A DNA stretch of 39,448 nucleotides, taken from NCBI RefSeq assembly GCF_004010195.1, contig NC_057718.1, positions 58,165,475 to 58,204,922 on the forward strand, read 5' to 3'. Within the stretch, counting starts at the first letter, position 1, and each line of letters opens with the position of its first letter. Source of the DNA: Chiloscyllium plagiosum. Lineage: Eukaryota. Under the pieces are notes generated by a model. That model was not told the origin of the DNA and made no database searches. It saw only the letters and a list, made by a program, of their open reading frames with translations. Made by a program: the position numbers and the translations under genes. Below are positions 24,201-37,583 of the stretch, one piece after another.

Positions 24201-25378
24201 AAATATTCTTTACCCATCTGAACCCAGTTCATAGACACACTATCCAATCTGCTATTTTTTATTCTTCTTCCAGGTCCCTCTTCTGTTGTCCTCCTTGTCT
24301 TTGGTGATGTTGCTTTTAGGTGGAACGTTATTCCCTCCCCATGGCACATTCAAGGTGAGGAAGGCATTTCATCAGATGGGAGGGCAGTGGGTGAAGTCAT
24401 TGCTGCTTCCCCACCTCTACTTCAATTAAGGCCATTTCAGCAAGACTAATCACCCCACCCTGCTAGGGTCATTGGCTCAAAGATATTCACTGCTTGATCG
24501 AGGGACCGAACAACATGAAGTGGAGGAGAAAAGTTCCCCATGGAGAACCAGCTCACATCCCTTGCTGCCGATGCCATTACAACACCAGGTCTCCTGAACC
24601 CCACCCTGTGAAACCTCTTCCATCATCATGTACCTCTGGACTTGGTTAATGTGTGCTCCTGGGTCTCTGGTGGGTGTCATCCTGGAAACAGCCACCATTT
24701 CCTTGGTGGCACTGCTGAGCAGAGGAAGCACTTGTTTCCTGTTCCCACATAGGGCCCACTAGTGGCCTGTTCAATGTTTGATTAGCTCATAATTCAATAC
24801 AGCAGGCAATGCCTGAGAGAGGTCCCCTTTCCAGCTGGTATCCCTCCCCTTCTCAAGGGGAAGAAAAGAAAAATGACAAACAGTGAAACTAGGAAATGAA
24901 TAACACTGCTCCCACTTATCCCCCAGTTTTGAAGTATACAAAACAAGCCTGACCTGTACGTCGCATTTGCCAATTCTACTGTTTTTTCTTTAACATTTTC
25001 ATTGTACACATACTAGCCTCACCATACCTTTATATTGCATCTCAGAACCATTTGGCAATATAGTTGTGCATGTCATTGCTTTAATCTGGAGTGCACTAGC
25101 ACATTTCCTCGTAACACTGTTGCCAGGACTCTTTGCACACAGAAACAGGGATTGGATTTGACTAGGTTACATCAGGACTTTTTGCTTGCTCCTTTAGCAC
25201 CTAACCCGTTTTGCTTCTACTTTAATGATCACAGAATTTCTGCCTTGCCTTGCCTTTTTGTGCTTTGTTCCCTTAGCTGGAGCTTAAAAGCTCACAATAT
25301 TTCTGTTTTGCCTTGCATTTTAACACAGACACAAAGCAAGGCAACTCATCATCGTTATCAGCGGTGAACACTCAAAGA

Positions 25379-25653
25379 CAGTGGCTCAGCACTGCTGCCT
25401 CATAGCGCCAGGGACCCCCATTTGATTCCAGCCTTGGATGGCTGTCTGTGTAGAGTTTGTGCATTCTCCCCATGTCTGCATGGGTTTCTTTTGAGTGCTC
25501 TGGTTTTCTCCTACAGTCCAAAGATGTGCAGGTTAGGTGGATTGGCCATGAGAAATGCAGGATTACAAGATAGGGTATGGGAGTGCGTTTGGGTGGGATG
25601 TTCTTTGGTCGGTCGGTGTGGAGTTAATGGACTGCTTGCACTATGATTCTATG
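25379..25653 (+). mobile_element. HE1-type V-SINE, nearly full length
   Basis: tRNA-like head GTGGCTCAG-CACTGCTGCCTCA...TTGATTCC, V-domain TGTGTAGAGTTTGTGCATTCTCCCCATGTCTGCATGGGTTTC...CAGTCCAAAGATGTGCAGGTTAGG, and tail TATGATTCTATGA. Confidence 0.88.
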
Positions 25654-27635
25654 AGATGGGCATGTTACTGTACAGTATGGCACTATATCAATCTCACACC
25701 TGCATGGCAACCACACTGCATGTGTTTCAACCAAATGGCTATATCTCAAAGTTGAAGAGAAGTAGTTCTTGCTTAAGACAAAGGGGATAGCTTTCAGTCC
25801 TGGGATCTCAGCAAAGTGGGTCATATCAATCCAGCAATTTAACCATTGTCAGTCCTTATTTGGGGCATCCAGGATCAGGTAACCCTTATTGGGAGTAGAC
25901 ACCACCAGTCCTACAGTTCTAGAGGAACCAGTCCAGGAACTCACAGTAAGAGCTATACAGAGATAAGTCAAGAGTCCAGTCATTTATGACTCAGGGCTGT
26001 TCAACCAAGTTGGTCAAAGTGGGATGGATGATAGTCAGTCACAGGTGTCAGCTCAATGAAAGTCAGTGTGGGTTATCATTATCACTGCTGTGGTGGGGAA
26101 GTTGGAGAAGTCAGTTCTGGAAGTTCTGGAAGTTGGAGATAGCATGCAGAGGGTACATTAATTGTGAATGGGAGAGATTCAACATGCAAGGCTAGGAGAC
26201 AATAGTGCATTGGAGGGCATGGTTACTACAGGAGTGGGTGACAGAGGCTTCAACATGGGAACAGTATAACATGATGGTTGGCAAAACTGAAGTGTAGAGT
26301 CACTGGGTTACTATAAGGAAAGTGATTACATCTAACAACAGACATAAAGGAGTTCCATAATTCACACATTACAGAAATCTCTGGAATGATTTTATTTGGG
26401 AGTGAAATTCTTTTTAACCCAAAAACAACCCAAAAGGGAAGAATCTGAGAGATTCCCATTTCATTGTGGGCACAAGACAAGGTCCACATCTCACTGTTGG
26501 GCTATCAAACAATTGATAAAATGACTGCTCATCTCGATGTGCATCTCTGTTCCTATTCCTCCTGTAGGTCAATAGAATTGTGGCTGTTCTGGAGGGGTTA
26601 GTGAACATGCGTTATGAATTTGTGTGCATGCTGATATTTGCAAGAAACAAGTATTTTCTCAGTCTGTAATGCAATTCTCATCATAGTATAGTGTCAGCAG
26701 TACTTCCCTTATATGCTTTTTTGCTGAAATGCAATCTGCTAAGAACATCATTGAATGTTATACGAACAAATATCTGTGATTCACAGAATCCTATCATTTA
26801 TGATCTTTATCAAGTAGTGGCAAATGTTAACTGTCAGAAAGATTGCCTTTGCAGATTTGGAAGTGCACACATTTGTGTGGGACTTCAAATTGGCTATATC
26901 AACAGTAACAGGAATGGGTGCTGACCTTTCTCATTGGTGAAAATGTAGACCGAGTGCAGCCTTAACACACAAAAATGTATATGGGTAAACAGAATATGTC
27001 TAAGCACACGGTTACATCTGAAAGATCCTGATGGAAATTTAGCTCGAAATGCTGCTCATTTGCTGTCAAACCTGTGAGGAAGGCCATCTTCAGAGTCATT
27101 CTGAAGCAAGATTGAATCATACATTTCACCAATAAACAACTTCACCTCTTAATTAACACCACACTGAAGTGGTATTTGTACTGATGTTTACAACACAAGT
27201 GTTACTAAGAAAATTCCAACAGGGACAGCCATTTACAGTTACAGAATGGAAAAATTCCAATTTAACTGATTTATTAGGTTATTTCAATGAACTCAAGTGA
27301 ATTGGAGATATGTGAATTATTATAAAAGTTTGACAATAATAGTGCAGTACATCTCAATTTCACTGTTCAAAAAACAGCAAAAGGAAAGATTAAAGTAGAC
27401 TCAACGGAGAGCTGAAACAGTGAATATTAGACAAGTCCCCTGTTCCTGTTTCAGATCTGCCATTGATTGCATCTCTGGTTTAGTGCTATCAATCTCTAAG
27501 CAACATGCTATATGGAATCTGAGTCATTTATATGAATATTGACTTATATTGCCCCATCTCTTCTAGAACAATATCTGCAGTATAACAATTAAAGTCCCTT
27601 GTGAACTTATCCAGACTGCTGTGTCTTTCTATCGA

Positions 27636-27840
27636 AGCAACATACTGTGGATGCTGGAAATCTGAAACAAACACAGAAAATGCTGGAGAAACTAAGCAAG
27701 TCTGACAGCATCTGTGGGGAGAGAAAAAGAGTTATTTTTTTTAAGATATGACTCTTCTTCACAAGTCAATTCTCGTTTTCTCTCCACAGGGGCTGCCAGA
27801 TCTGCTGAGTTTCTCCAGCACTTTCTGTATTTGTATCTGA
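27636..27840. mobile_element. Degraded palindromic (foldback) Penelope-terminus-like element
   Basis: ACAGAAAATGCTGGAGAAACTAAGCAAGTCTGACAGCATCTGTGGGGAGAGAAAA (27673-27727) pairs with TTTTCTCTCCACAG...CTGCTGAGTTTCTCCAGCACTTTCTGT (27776-27828). Confidence 0.7.
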
Positions 27841-28329
27841 GTCTCCTCCTTAAATCTGTCTGAAAGCAGATCAAGTTGAATGAGGTGAAGCTTGGTTTGA
27901 ATTATTAAATTGCTTTATTTCTGTGTAAATTGCACAGTGTATTGATTGTAATTAGATTCATTGATTGATATATCATATTTTCACACATTCGTGAAAATAT
28001 GATTGTGCTATGGTACTCCACTTAAATAGATCATCTTACAAGACATAAACATATTCATTCCTTTCCATCCTGACTGATTGAGTCTGTTTAATTTTGGGCC
28101 CTTTTACCCAGCTTCCATTGATGTGATATTGTCTTTACCAGAGTGTTTTACTAGATGTGGCATTGCTTCTGCTATTCCTTGTAACATAAGAAGCTAGGTG
28201 TGGATATTGTAGCATTGAAGATTGTAACAGACATTTATTCCAACTGCCTATATGCAAATATGACATTGCTAATGCACCCATGTTTCTGCGTGAACATCAG
28301 ACCATCAATTACAGTGGATGTGAGTAGAT

Positions 28330-29052
28330 TGATGAATGTTGCAGATGGATCTATTATAAAGCAAATGTGAGATTATTGATTTTAGACTGAAAATCAGGGT
28401 ACATTTTGGATGGCACAAGGTCAAGTTCAGTGGATGTCCAATGAGATTTGGTTGTTCAGATGCATTGCTCTTTACAATGCCATGAACAAGTGTAGAAAAA
28501 GTCAAAATGCCAAAGATAACACTGGCCTTCATAGCAGATCTGAGCACCAGACCATGGGAAGGATGCTTTGAACCTGAAGGAAGTTCAACACAGGTTTATA
28601 GGGATGATACCTGGGCTTCAAGGGTTAAATTATGAGGAGAGGTCATACAAATTAGGCTTTTATTCTCTAGAATTTCGAAGGCTTAGAGATGATCTAATCA
28701 AATTTTCAGGATAATTAACAGGGAAAGACAGAATAGATAAAGATAAAAAAATTCCACTGGGGGCATACCCTAAGAATTAGGGCCAGGTCATTCAGGAGAA
28801 ATGTTAGAAAGCACTTCTACATGCAAAAAGATAGTGAAGGTTTGGAGTTCTCTTCCTCAAACAGCGGTTCATGCTAATTCGATTGTTAAATTTAAATCTG
28901 ACATAAATTTTTTATAGCAAGTGTAGCCAAAGTTATGGGCCCAAGACAGACATATGGAGTTAGGTCATAGAATAGCCATAGTCTTATTGAATTGTAGAGC
29001 AGGCTTAAGAGGCTGAATGGCCTACTCCGATTCCTATGTCACTATGTTCCTA
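28330..29052 (+). mobile_element. Degraded CR1 3' fragment
   Basis: GGATGATACCTGGGCTTCAAGGGTTAAATTATGAGGAGAGG (MIPGLQGLNYEER) and tail GGCTGAATGGCCTACTCCGATTCCTATG. Confidence 0.85.
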
Positions 29053-29179
29053 AGTTATAATAATAGAGCATTAAGTTTTTAATAGCTTCAAATAATCTCC
29101 CAGTCTTAGGTGGAGTATGAAATCTTTATACCCTCAAGATACATACTACGATGTGATGATGATATGATGAATATGCTGT

Positions 29180-30036
29180 GTTGTAAGATGTACGATTTAC
29201 GTTAATTTCAATAGAATTTATTTTAGAATTTGGATTTTTAACTGGTGGCATGGGGGTTTTGGTCTGTGTATGAGAGAGTTTATTGATTAACTTGTCAGTA
29301 TTTCATGAGTTATATTCTTTAAATCTGTATGAGAGAGAGAGTCCTGGGAATGATAATGTGAATATGTTTGCATTGGGAGTGCTTTTGAGCTGGCAGAGTA
29401 AACACTGAAGGAAAATTAGCTTGATTTAAGTTAGAAGAATCAAGAATTTATTTTTTGCTGAGGGAAAAAACCTAAATTGCAAAACATTTGGTTTCAGTGT
29501 GTAGAGGTCCAGGTTGAAGTTGGATATATGAACCAGTTTCTCCTGGAAAAAGGAGTTAGTTTGGAAAAAATAGATAATATGTTACCTCAAGTTCCAGAAT
29601 AGATGCATTTGGTTAGAAACTTGATGGAGTTATTTGAAAGTGAGAAGGTTTAAGCACAGTTGTGTGAATAATCAATGAAGAGGAGGTCAAACTCTTAAGA
29701 CCAGGAATTGAGAGCAAAAGATATGTCAAACCTACCATAGAGAAGGGGGATTCTTTCTGGTGTTTGAAATGTAATGGTATTGGGATAGGTGAGATTATAT
29801 TTTCACCGTGTGTTTTGAAATCTTTCAAGTTGTATTCTATGTAAATAGCTTGATTTATTCTATTTTATTTTTCCTTTTATGTAATAAACATCTGTTTTAT
29901 TGTTAACATCAGATCATTGTGTGTTGTGTTGCAGTAAAATACTTCCTTGTTATATAAAGCAAAAATAAGATCTATCAAGCCAGATATCAGTGTGGGATCT
30001 GATGTGTCTAGTAATACATCATGTGGGATGGTAATA
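29180..30036 (+). mobile_element. Possible solo LTR
   Basis: AATAAA at 29883. The 3' end GATCTATCAAGCCAG...GGGATCTGA..TCTAGTAATACATC...GGGATGGTAATA resembles shark LTR ends. The 5' boundary is uncertain and no TSD was confirmed. Confidence 0.35.
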
Positions 30037-30287
30037 ATGTATTTTAAAGGTATTCTGACATGCTGATGTGTGACATATCACAACACACTCCTTCTTCTAA
30101 AATTAAAACTTATATGGTTGTACATAGGCACATATTAGAAATTTGATAATTATACAAATGGGTAAAGCAGAGCGTATAAGGCTAATACTCATATTCAAAA
30201 TGTAATACTTTTTCAGGGTGCTAACTCATCCTGATCTGGAGATTCTGTACCACCTGGAAAGGTAAGCAATGTTCTTGTTTGACAACT

Positions 30288-32695
30288 TAGAGTCATAGAG
30301 TCAAAAGCATGGAAACAGACCCTTCAGTCCAACTCGTCCATGCTGACCAAGTTTCTCAAACTAAACTCGTCCCACTTGCATGCATTTGGCCCACATCCTT
30401 CTAAACCTTTCCTATTTATGTACCTGTCCAAATGTCTTTTAAATATTGTAATTGTACCTGTGTCCACGACTTCCTCTGGCAATTCATTTCAAATATGAAC
30501 CACCCTCTGTGTGAGAAAGTTGCCCTTCAACTCCCTTTTAAATCTTTCTCCCCTCTCCTTAAAAATGTGAAATCCCCTACCCAAGAGAAAAGACCTTTGC
30601 TATTTACCTTATCTATGCCCCTCATGACTTTATAAACTTCTATAATGTCACCCCCCCCACCCAAACCTCCTATGCTCCAGTGAAAAAGGTCTCAGCCTAT
30701 CTAATCTCTCCTTATAACTCAAACCCTCTAGTCCTGGCAACATCCTTGTAAATCTGTAATAAATTCTCTCTACTTTAATAATATCCTTCTTAAAGCAGGG
30801 AAACCAGAACTGCACACAGTACTCCAGAATAGGCCTCACCCATGTCCTGTCCATACTTAACCATGTCCCAACTCCTATACTCAGTGGTCTGAGCAATGAA
30901 GGGAAGTGTGCTAAATGCCTTCTTAACCACCCTATGTGATGCAGCTTTTGAAGAACTATGTACCTGAACCTTTGGGAAGTGTCCATATTATACAAGAAGA
31001 GGTGCTGGAAGTCTTAAAACTCATAAATGTAGACAAATCCCTGAAATATGATCAGGTGTACCTCAGGACTTGGTGGGAAGTGAGAGAAGTGATTGCTAGG
31101 CCATTTGCTGAGATATTTGTATCATCGATAGCCATGGGTGAGGTGCCAGAAGACTGGATATTGGCTAACATGGTGCCATTATTTAAGAAAGGTGATAAGG
31201 AAAAGCAGAGGAACTAAAGACCAGTGAATGTGATGTCAGTGATGGGTAAGTCATTGGATGGGATACTGAGGGACAGGATTTACACGTATTTGGAAAGGCA
31301 AGGACTGATCAGGGATAGTCAACATGGCTTTGTGCATGAGAAATCGTGACTCACTAACTTAATTGAGTTTTTTGAAGAAATTATGAAAAAGACTGATGAA
31401 GACAGAGTGTTGGACATTGTCTACATAGATTTCAGCAGTGCATTTGACAATGTTCTGCATGGTAAACTGGTTAGCATGAAGTCAAGGCGAGCTAACCATT
31501 TAGATACAAAATTAGCTCGAAGGTAAAATACAGCAGGTGGTGATGGAAGGTTGTTTTTCAGACTGCAGGCCTGTGACCAGTGGAGTGCCACAAAGATCGA
31601 TGCTCGGTCCACTACTTTCCGTCAAATATATTTAAATGAGTTGGATGTGAATATAGGAAGTATGGTTAGTAAGTTTGCAGATGACACCAAAATTGGTGGT
31701 GTGGTGGACAACAAAGAAGGTCACCTCAGAGTACAACGGAATCTTGATCAGATGGGCTGAGGATTGGTAGATATTGTTTATTTTAGATAAATGTAAGATG
31801 CTGTGTTTTGGTAGGCAAATCAGGGCAGGACATATACACTAATGGTAAGGACCTGGGGAGTGTTGCTGAACAATGAGACCTCTGGGAGCTGGTTCATAGT
31901 TCCTTGAAAGTAGACTCACAGATAAACAGGATAGTGAAGAAAGCATTTGGTATGTTTACTTTTATTGGTCAGTGCATTGAGTGTAGGAGTTGGGCGGTCA
32001 TGTTGCAGCTGTACAGGACATTGGTTAGGCAGTACTGGAATACTGCATTCAATTCTAGTCTTCTTCCTATTGAAAAGATGTTGTGAAACTTGAAAGGGTT
32101 CACAAAAAATTTACAAGGATGTTACCAGGTTTGGAGCGTTCAAGAATAGAGAGAGGCTGAATAGGCTGAAGCTATTTGCCCTGGAGCATTGGAGGCTGAG
32201 GGGTAACTTTATAGATTAAATGGTGGGCATGGATAAGGTGAATAGTCGAAGGATAGGGGAGTCCAAAACTAGAGGCCATAGGTTTAAGATGAGAGGGGAA
32301 AGATTTAAAAGGGACTCAAGGGCAACTTTTTCATGCAGAGAGTAGTGTGTGTATGGGAATGAGCTGCCAGAGGAGGGGATACAATTACAAAATTTAAAAG
32401 CCATATGGATGGGTACATGAATGGGAAGGATTTTGAGGGATATGGTCCATATGCCAGCAGTTGGGACTAGATATATATATATCGGATATCTGGTCACATG
32501 GACGAGTTTGGCCGAAGGTTCTGTTTTCGTGCTGTACACCTCTGTGATTCTATGACACTATGAACCCCCTGAGTGTTCAGCAACACTCCCCAGGACCCTA
32601 CATTAACAGTATAAGTCTTGCCTTTGTTCGTCTTACCAAAATGCAATAGCTCACATTTATTTAAATTAAGTTCCATCTGCCACTCCTTAGCACAT
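30288..32695 (-). mobile_element. Minus-strand CR1 3' fragment split into 30288-30970 and 32561-32695
   Basis: Tail AGAGTCATAGAGTC at 30289. Minus ORFs VRPILEYCVQFW..RFTRMLPGLEGLSYKERL and MELNLNKCELLHFGKTNKG are consecutive CR1 RT C-terminal segments. Confidence 0.88.
30971..32563 (+). mobile_element. Plus-strand 5'-truncated CR1 nested in the minus-strand CR1
   Basis: VPEDWILANMVPLFKKG, SKFADDTKIGGVVD and tail TGATTCTATGACACTATGA. Flanked by TGAACC at 30965-30970 and 32561-32566. Confidence 0.9.
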
Positions 32696-34299
32696 TTCCA
32701 CTTATTATACTTTGTTTCTAATTGGCTTAAAGGTGGTGACTAACTCAATCAGCCTTTCTGACAGTTGCACTTCAGAATGACACATTTATACCCTTTGCTG
32801 TGGCATCTTCTAATAAATTGCTAAATAGACTCTTGGGTTTGCTTTCTGTTTGACATGAGTTGAAATATGATAATCCTGAAGTTAATTCTTATCTTGAGCT
32901 GGTCTACAAGAACCATCCAGACAGTTTATGGATCTTTCTGATCATTCATGGAAAAACCAAATATATTAATTCTGTGAAGCCTCTCCTTACCAATGGCAAG
33001 CAAGATTTTTAGAGCTCTTTTTTGGGGAATCATCTATTGATTGATCAGTTGTAATTTAGTAAATGTGACACTGGGATGCCCAATTAATACTAATGTGCCT
33101 GCACTCCGTGATTTTGCCTTATAAACTTTGCAATGTTCATCTCAAGCTATGTATTCTGCCTTAATTTCAGTCTGAATAACACTGCTGTTTCACTGGCTTT
33201 GGTCCCTTTGAAACTACAGCTCCACTGGTCTTGGTCCCTTTAAAATTGCTCCTTTAAGAATTGCAGGCTTAAAGTGCCAAATTTCTGACTCTGGTTGGTG
33301 TTCACAGCAAAATGGGAGTGGTGATATCACAGAAACTTTATTTATTGCCACATTGAATTAGGTAATGAAAATAGTGGAACCAATCACTACCTGGACACAG
33401 GTAGGCTGCATGTATAAAAACATGTTTATTTTTATGTCTTAAGTAGTATTTTCTTCATGGGATCATTGGAGCAGTGTATTTAGTTTTTAATTGCCTTTTT
33501 TAAAGTATCAGTTCAGCAATCATCGTTGGTTCCCATAGAGAGATTCCCATAGAGGTGCTTCAGTATATGTATGTAGAATTTAGTTTTGTTTGGATTTATG
33601 GCTTCAACCCTTTTATTTTTAAGTAGAACACTTCTTAGACAATCAGGTTTATCTTGAATGAACCGACATTATTGACAAAATTAGTTCTATTGGGTGGTCA
33701 GTGTTTTATCTAGAGATCTGTATCATTGTCTAATCACAGAACCTGGTGTTACTGATTGTCTGAACTCTGTGGTGTCCAAAACTGTTGTCTGGTTGGTCTT
33801 CAATTAGTTGTTGAAACCTTTGCTATCAAGATGCTATCGTGTTGTTTACAAATGGCCATGGCTGCTGACCATGATGTCAGTTTGTTTCCAGCAGGGTGCT
33901 TTACTTGGTGCAGCAACGCTTTTGTTATTTTAAAGGAACTATCATCAGAAACTCGATGTGGATATTGAGAAATGTAAGAAACCAACAGATATTAATACAT
34001 CTATTGTACATAAATATTACATTGCTCCTAAGCTAACATTAAGTTGTTAGTTGCAGTAAAGCAACATGCTTTCAAAAACATGTCATGTCTCAAATAATCT
34101 GCCAGGATAAGTCGGAGTATGCCCTCAGGTCACATGCTCTGATACAATCACGATATCATGAGAAAGTCTCCGAAAAGCATACTGACTGTGGGACATAACA
34201 TAACAGTTAGATTGTCTTTTAGGAATCTATCATTGCCTGAGAGATCAAAAAACTTCCAACACCATGGAAGCATTTCAGACATTTCAAAGACAAGCCATC

Positions 34300-35930
34300 A
34301 TTTTTTAAATGCAAAAATATACTTTATTCATAAAAAAATCTTTATTTGCATTCACCGGTACTAAAGCAGTTCTGTATGGTCTTTGCATATCAAGAAAAAC
34401 AAACATTGAAATTTGACATTCCCAGCAGTTGCAAAAACCCAAGGCATTTGTTATTCATGCAGGACACCATTTTAATACATTGAGACAATGAGAGGGCCTG
34501 ATAACTGAATGGACCCTCATTATAATTAGGCAGGAAAACCTTAGACGAGAGGTGGGGAACCTTTTCATGTTGGAAGGCCACATTATGTTAGTTGTAACCT
34601 AATAAGGCTGCATCCAAGAAACTTTAATTATATATTCTTCAAAATTCACATTATTTTGTAAAAATCTAACTACAATGTACTAACTAACTAAAAAAAATGA
34701 AAATAAATGTTAATTCTAAAGTTAACTAACCTTTTAATGACTTTTTTGTGACTGCTTTTTGTAGGAAAACATTTGAAAATTTGGTTGCAGCATGGAGGTC
34801 TGCAATTCTAGCTGATCCTCTAGATGGGTATCCGTCATTTGTGACCTTAAGGGCTTCTTGACTTTGGTTAAGTAGGAGAATATAGGTTCGCAGCAATAAG
34901 TGGAGATTATTTTGTTGAATTTTCTTTTAATCTCTGGTATTTTAAATACATTCATTTTAAGATTAAAATAAAAATAATAAAGGATGAAAAAAACATACTA
35001 ATAAAAAATAAAAGATTTGTTCTGCAAAATTTGGATTCATTCAGAAGGCCACACACAATGGCCTAGAAGGCCGCCTGCAGCCTTAAGGCTGCAGGTTCCC
35101 CACCCTTGCCTTAGACAGTAGCCTTTCCCCACTTAGCCTTGGAGGCAGCTGCCCCGAGCTTTAGTGCAGCTCTCAGCTCGTCGTCCATGACCTCGAAATG
35201 TGTCAGTCTGTAACACTCGGTCAAGTTCAATTCTTTACACTGGAAGACCAACAAATTTCAGGCAGATCAAAGAGTGTTTTTCACTGAGTTGGGGGTCCTC
35301 CAGGCACAGTCGATGTTTGTCTCAGTGTCCTCCCTGGAAACAGGCCGCAGAACACAGAATCCTGCATCATGGAGCTGCTTGTGATGAACCTCAACAAAAC
35401 ACCACTGCTTCTCGCTCCAGACCTTCTTTGCTATAGGCACATTCCAGAAGGAGGTATGTAATAGAAGATTGCTTGGGTAACTGCAAGGAGATTTTATAAT
35501 CTACATTCAGCAGTCAAATTGGGCACCAATTTCTGATTCCCCCTTCTGCTTGTAGATGAGGGTGATGCCTTTCCTCATGGATTCACACATGCTACCTGTG
35601 AGAAGCATACTGTCATACACCTATAGCAGATCTTAGGCAATCAAGTCTCTCGTGCGTGCTGTTGTGTCAGACCTCCGTGATGTCTGTGGTCTTCATGTCA
35701 TGCAGACTAGCATAAAAGGAATTGCTGTTCCTACAGATGTCGGACTGAGATAATGCTGCCAAGCCATCTTCTTCCATTATGTGCTGATTACAGAGCTCTC
35801 CTTGTTCACCTTCTGGAAGAAGAAACACGAGAATGTCTCATCTTACTCCACAGAGTGGACCCTAGGCCGGGAGATTATGTTGGAAGCCCCAAAGAGACAA
35901 ACCTTTGCCATCAAGTTGCTTACCACATCT
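34300..35930 (-). mobile_element. L1/Tx1-like LINE 3' remnant interrupted by a hAT element
   Basis: T-rich tail and TTTATT at 34300-34345. The minus strand reads AAASKAKWGKATV-stop at ~35150-35111 and ITYLLLECAYSK (decayed zinc-knuckle H..C region) at ~35460-35425. The far boundary is approximate. Confidence 0.65.
34547..35108 (-). mobile_element. Non-autonomous hAT (Charlie-like) DNA transposon, 562 bp
   Basis: TIRs GAGAGGTGGGGAACCT / AGGTTCCCCACCCTTG. Perfect 8-bp TSD CCTTAGAC (34539-34546, 35109-35116). The minus ORF 34734..34955 STYCCEPIFS..K..LRSQMTDTHL...QPNF...KQSQKSH matches the hAT transposase C-terminal dimerisation region. Confidence 0.93.
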
Positions 35931-36814
35931 AATCCATTAGTGCACATTATCAAGTCAGTTTTCCTCAGCTAAATCACTGAGTATCTCAGAACCTCTTTTT
36001 ATTTACTGGTACTAATTCATTATGGTTCTAAACTCAAAATTTAAATAATTACTTTTTACTCAAATCCTTTCCGTGTAAGGATGAGCAAAAAAAATCCTCA
36101 AACTCACTGGACTTTGTGTACAGAGCCGTAATTTACTGCCTGTTACATTAACTCTGTTTATTAGATGATGAGTAAGAAAATCTCTTGATGCAATTTCTAG
36201 TTTCTAGTACTAAATTAGCCAGTCTGTGATTTGTTTATCTGTCAATAGCTCAGATTTAAGTTTGGTTTGCAGAAATTACTCTTGGCTCTTCAGCTACAAC
36301 TGTGTGCAGTCACTGAAAATCATACTGAAAGCCTTGTCTTCCTCATTTCCTTGAGGACTTGGAATGTTTTCTCTCTGCTTTTTTTTTAACAGATGTTTTA
36401 CTAGCATTTACAAAGGTTATAAGATTTTCTGATAGCTTGTCTGGATATGAAATTTCCCTAAAGTTTTTACTTTGTGAATAATTAATCCAAAACATCTGCA
36501 CTTTCCTTTCTTACTTTATTTCATTATCTCTCATAAAATAATTGCCCAATGGTTTCCTTGTCTGTCTTCTTCTGAATTTCATTTGCTTGACATAGTTACT
36601 TTTCTTCTACATGCAAGTTCTTATTTTCTACTATGGCTGAGGCATTAAACTTATTTATTGTCATTCAGGGTTCTCACTGATTTGTGACTCTATATCCTTC
36701 AACTGTCGGCACAGTTGTTGCCATCCTCAGCTCATTCCCAGAAATCAGCACATAATTCAGGTAATTGCTACAATACACTACTAACAGAGTGGAGCTTTGT
36801 TCTTCAGACCTTGT

Positions 36815-37583
36815 AGAAGGCATTTGGTATGCTTTATTTTATTGGTCAGAGTATTGAGCACAGGAGTTGGGAACTCATATTACGGCTGTACAGGACATTG
36901 GTTAGGCCACTGTTGGAATAGTGCGTGCAATTCTGGTCTCCTTCCTATTGGAAAGATGTTGTGAAACCTGAAAGGGTTCATAAAAGATTTACAAGGATGT
37001 TGCCAGGGTTGGAGGATTTGAGCTATAGGGAGAGGCTGAACAGGCTGGGGCTGTATTCCCTGGAATGTCGGAGGCTGAGGGGTGACCTTACAGGGAACAA
37101 ACAATGGAATAAGGAAAAATATGGGGATTCAAACTGTATAAATTTCGAGAGTTTGTTGGATTTGGTGTGCATTTTCTCATTACCTTACCTGGTATTGTGA
37201 CAGGGCACCCACCTATAGGTGTATAAATAAATGGCGGATTCAGATATTTGTCTCGGACTGAAATTATTAAAGTGAGTGAGCTTTTGTTTCTCACAATAGG
37301 TTAAGGGTGAGAGGGGAAAGATATATAAAAGAGACCTAAGGGGCAACATTTTCACACAGATGGTGGTACGGGTATGGAATGAGCTGCCAGAGGTAGTGGT
37401 GGAGACTGGTACAATTGCAACATTTAAGAGGCATTTAGATGGGTATATGAATAGGAAGGGTTTGGAGAGATATGGGCTGAGTGCTGGCAGGTGGGACTAG
37501 ATTGGGTTGGGATATCTGGTCGGCATGGACAGGTTGGACCAAAGGGTCTGTTTCCATGCTGTACATCTCTATGACTCTATGAC
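36815..37583 (+). mobile_element. CR1 3' fragment interrupted at 37091-37295
   Basis: QFWSPSYWKDVVKPERVHKRFTRMLPGLEDLSYRERL. The element resumes at ATAGGTTAAGGGTGAGAGG and ends in a CTCTATGACTCTATGA tail. Confidence 0.92.

Noticed and set aside
25379..25435. tRNA gene
   Set aside because: It is the decayed tRNA-derived head of a SINE, with a broken A box and no cloverleaf.
33191..33245. Short direct repeat CACTGG..TTGGTCCCTTT.AAA x2
   Set aside because: A small local tandem duplication with no further structure.
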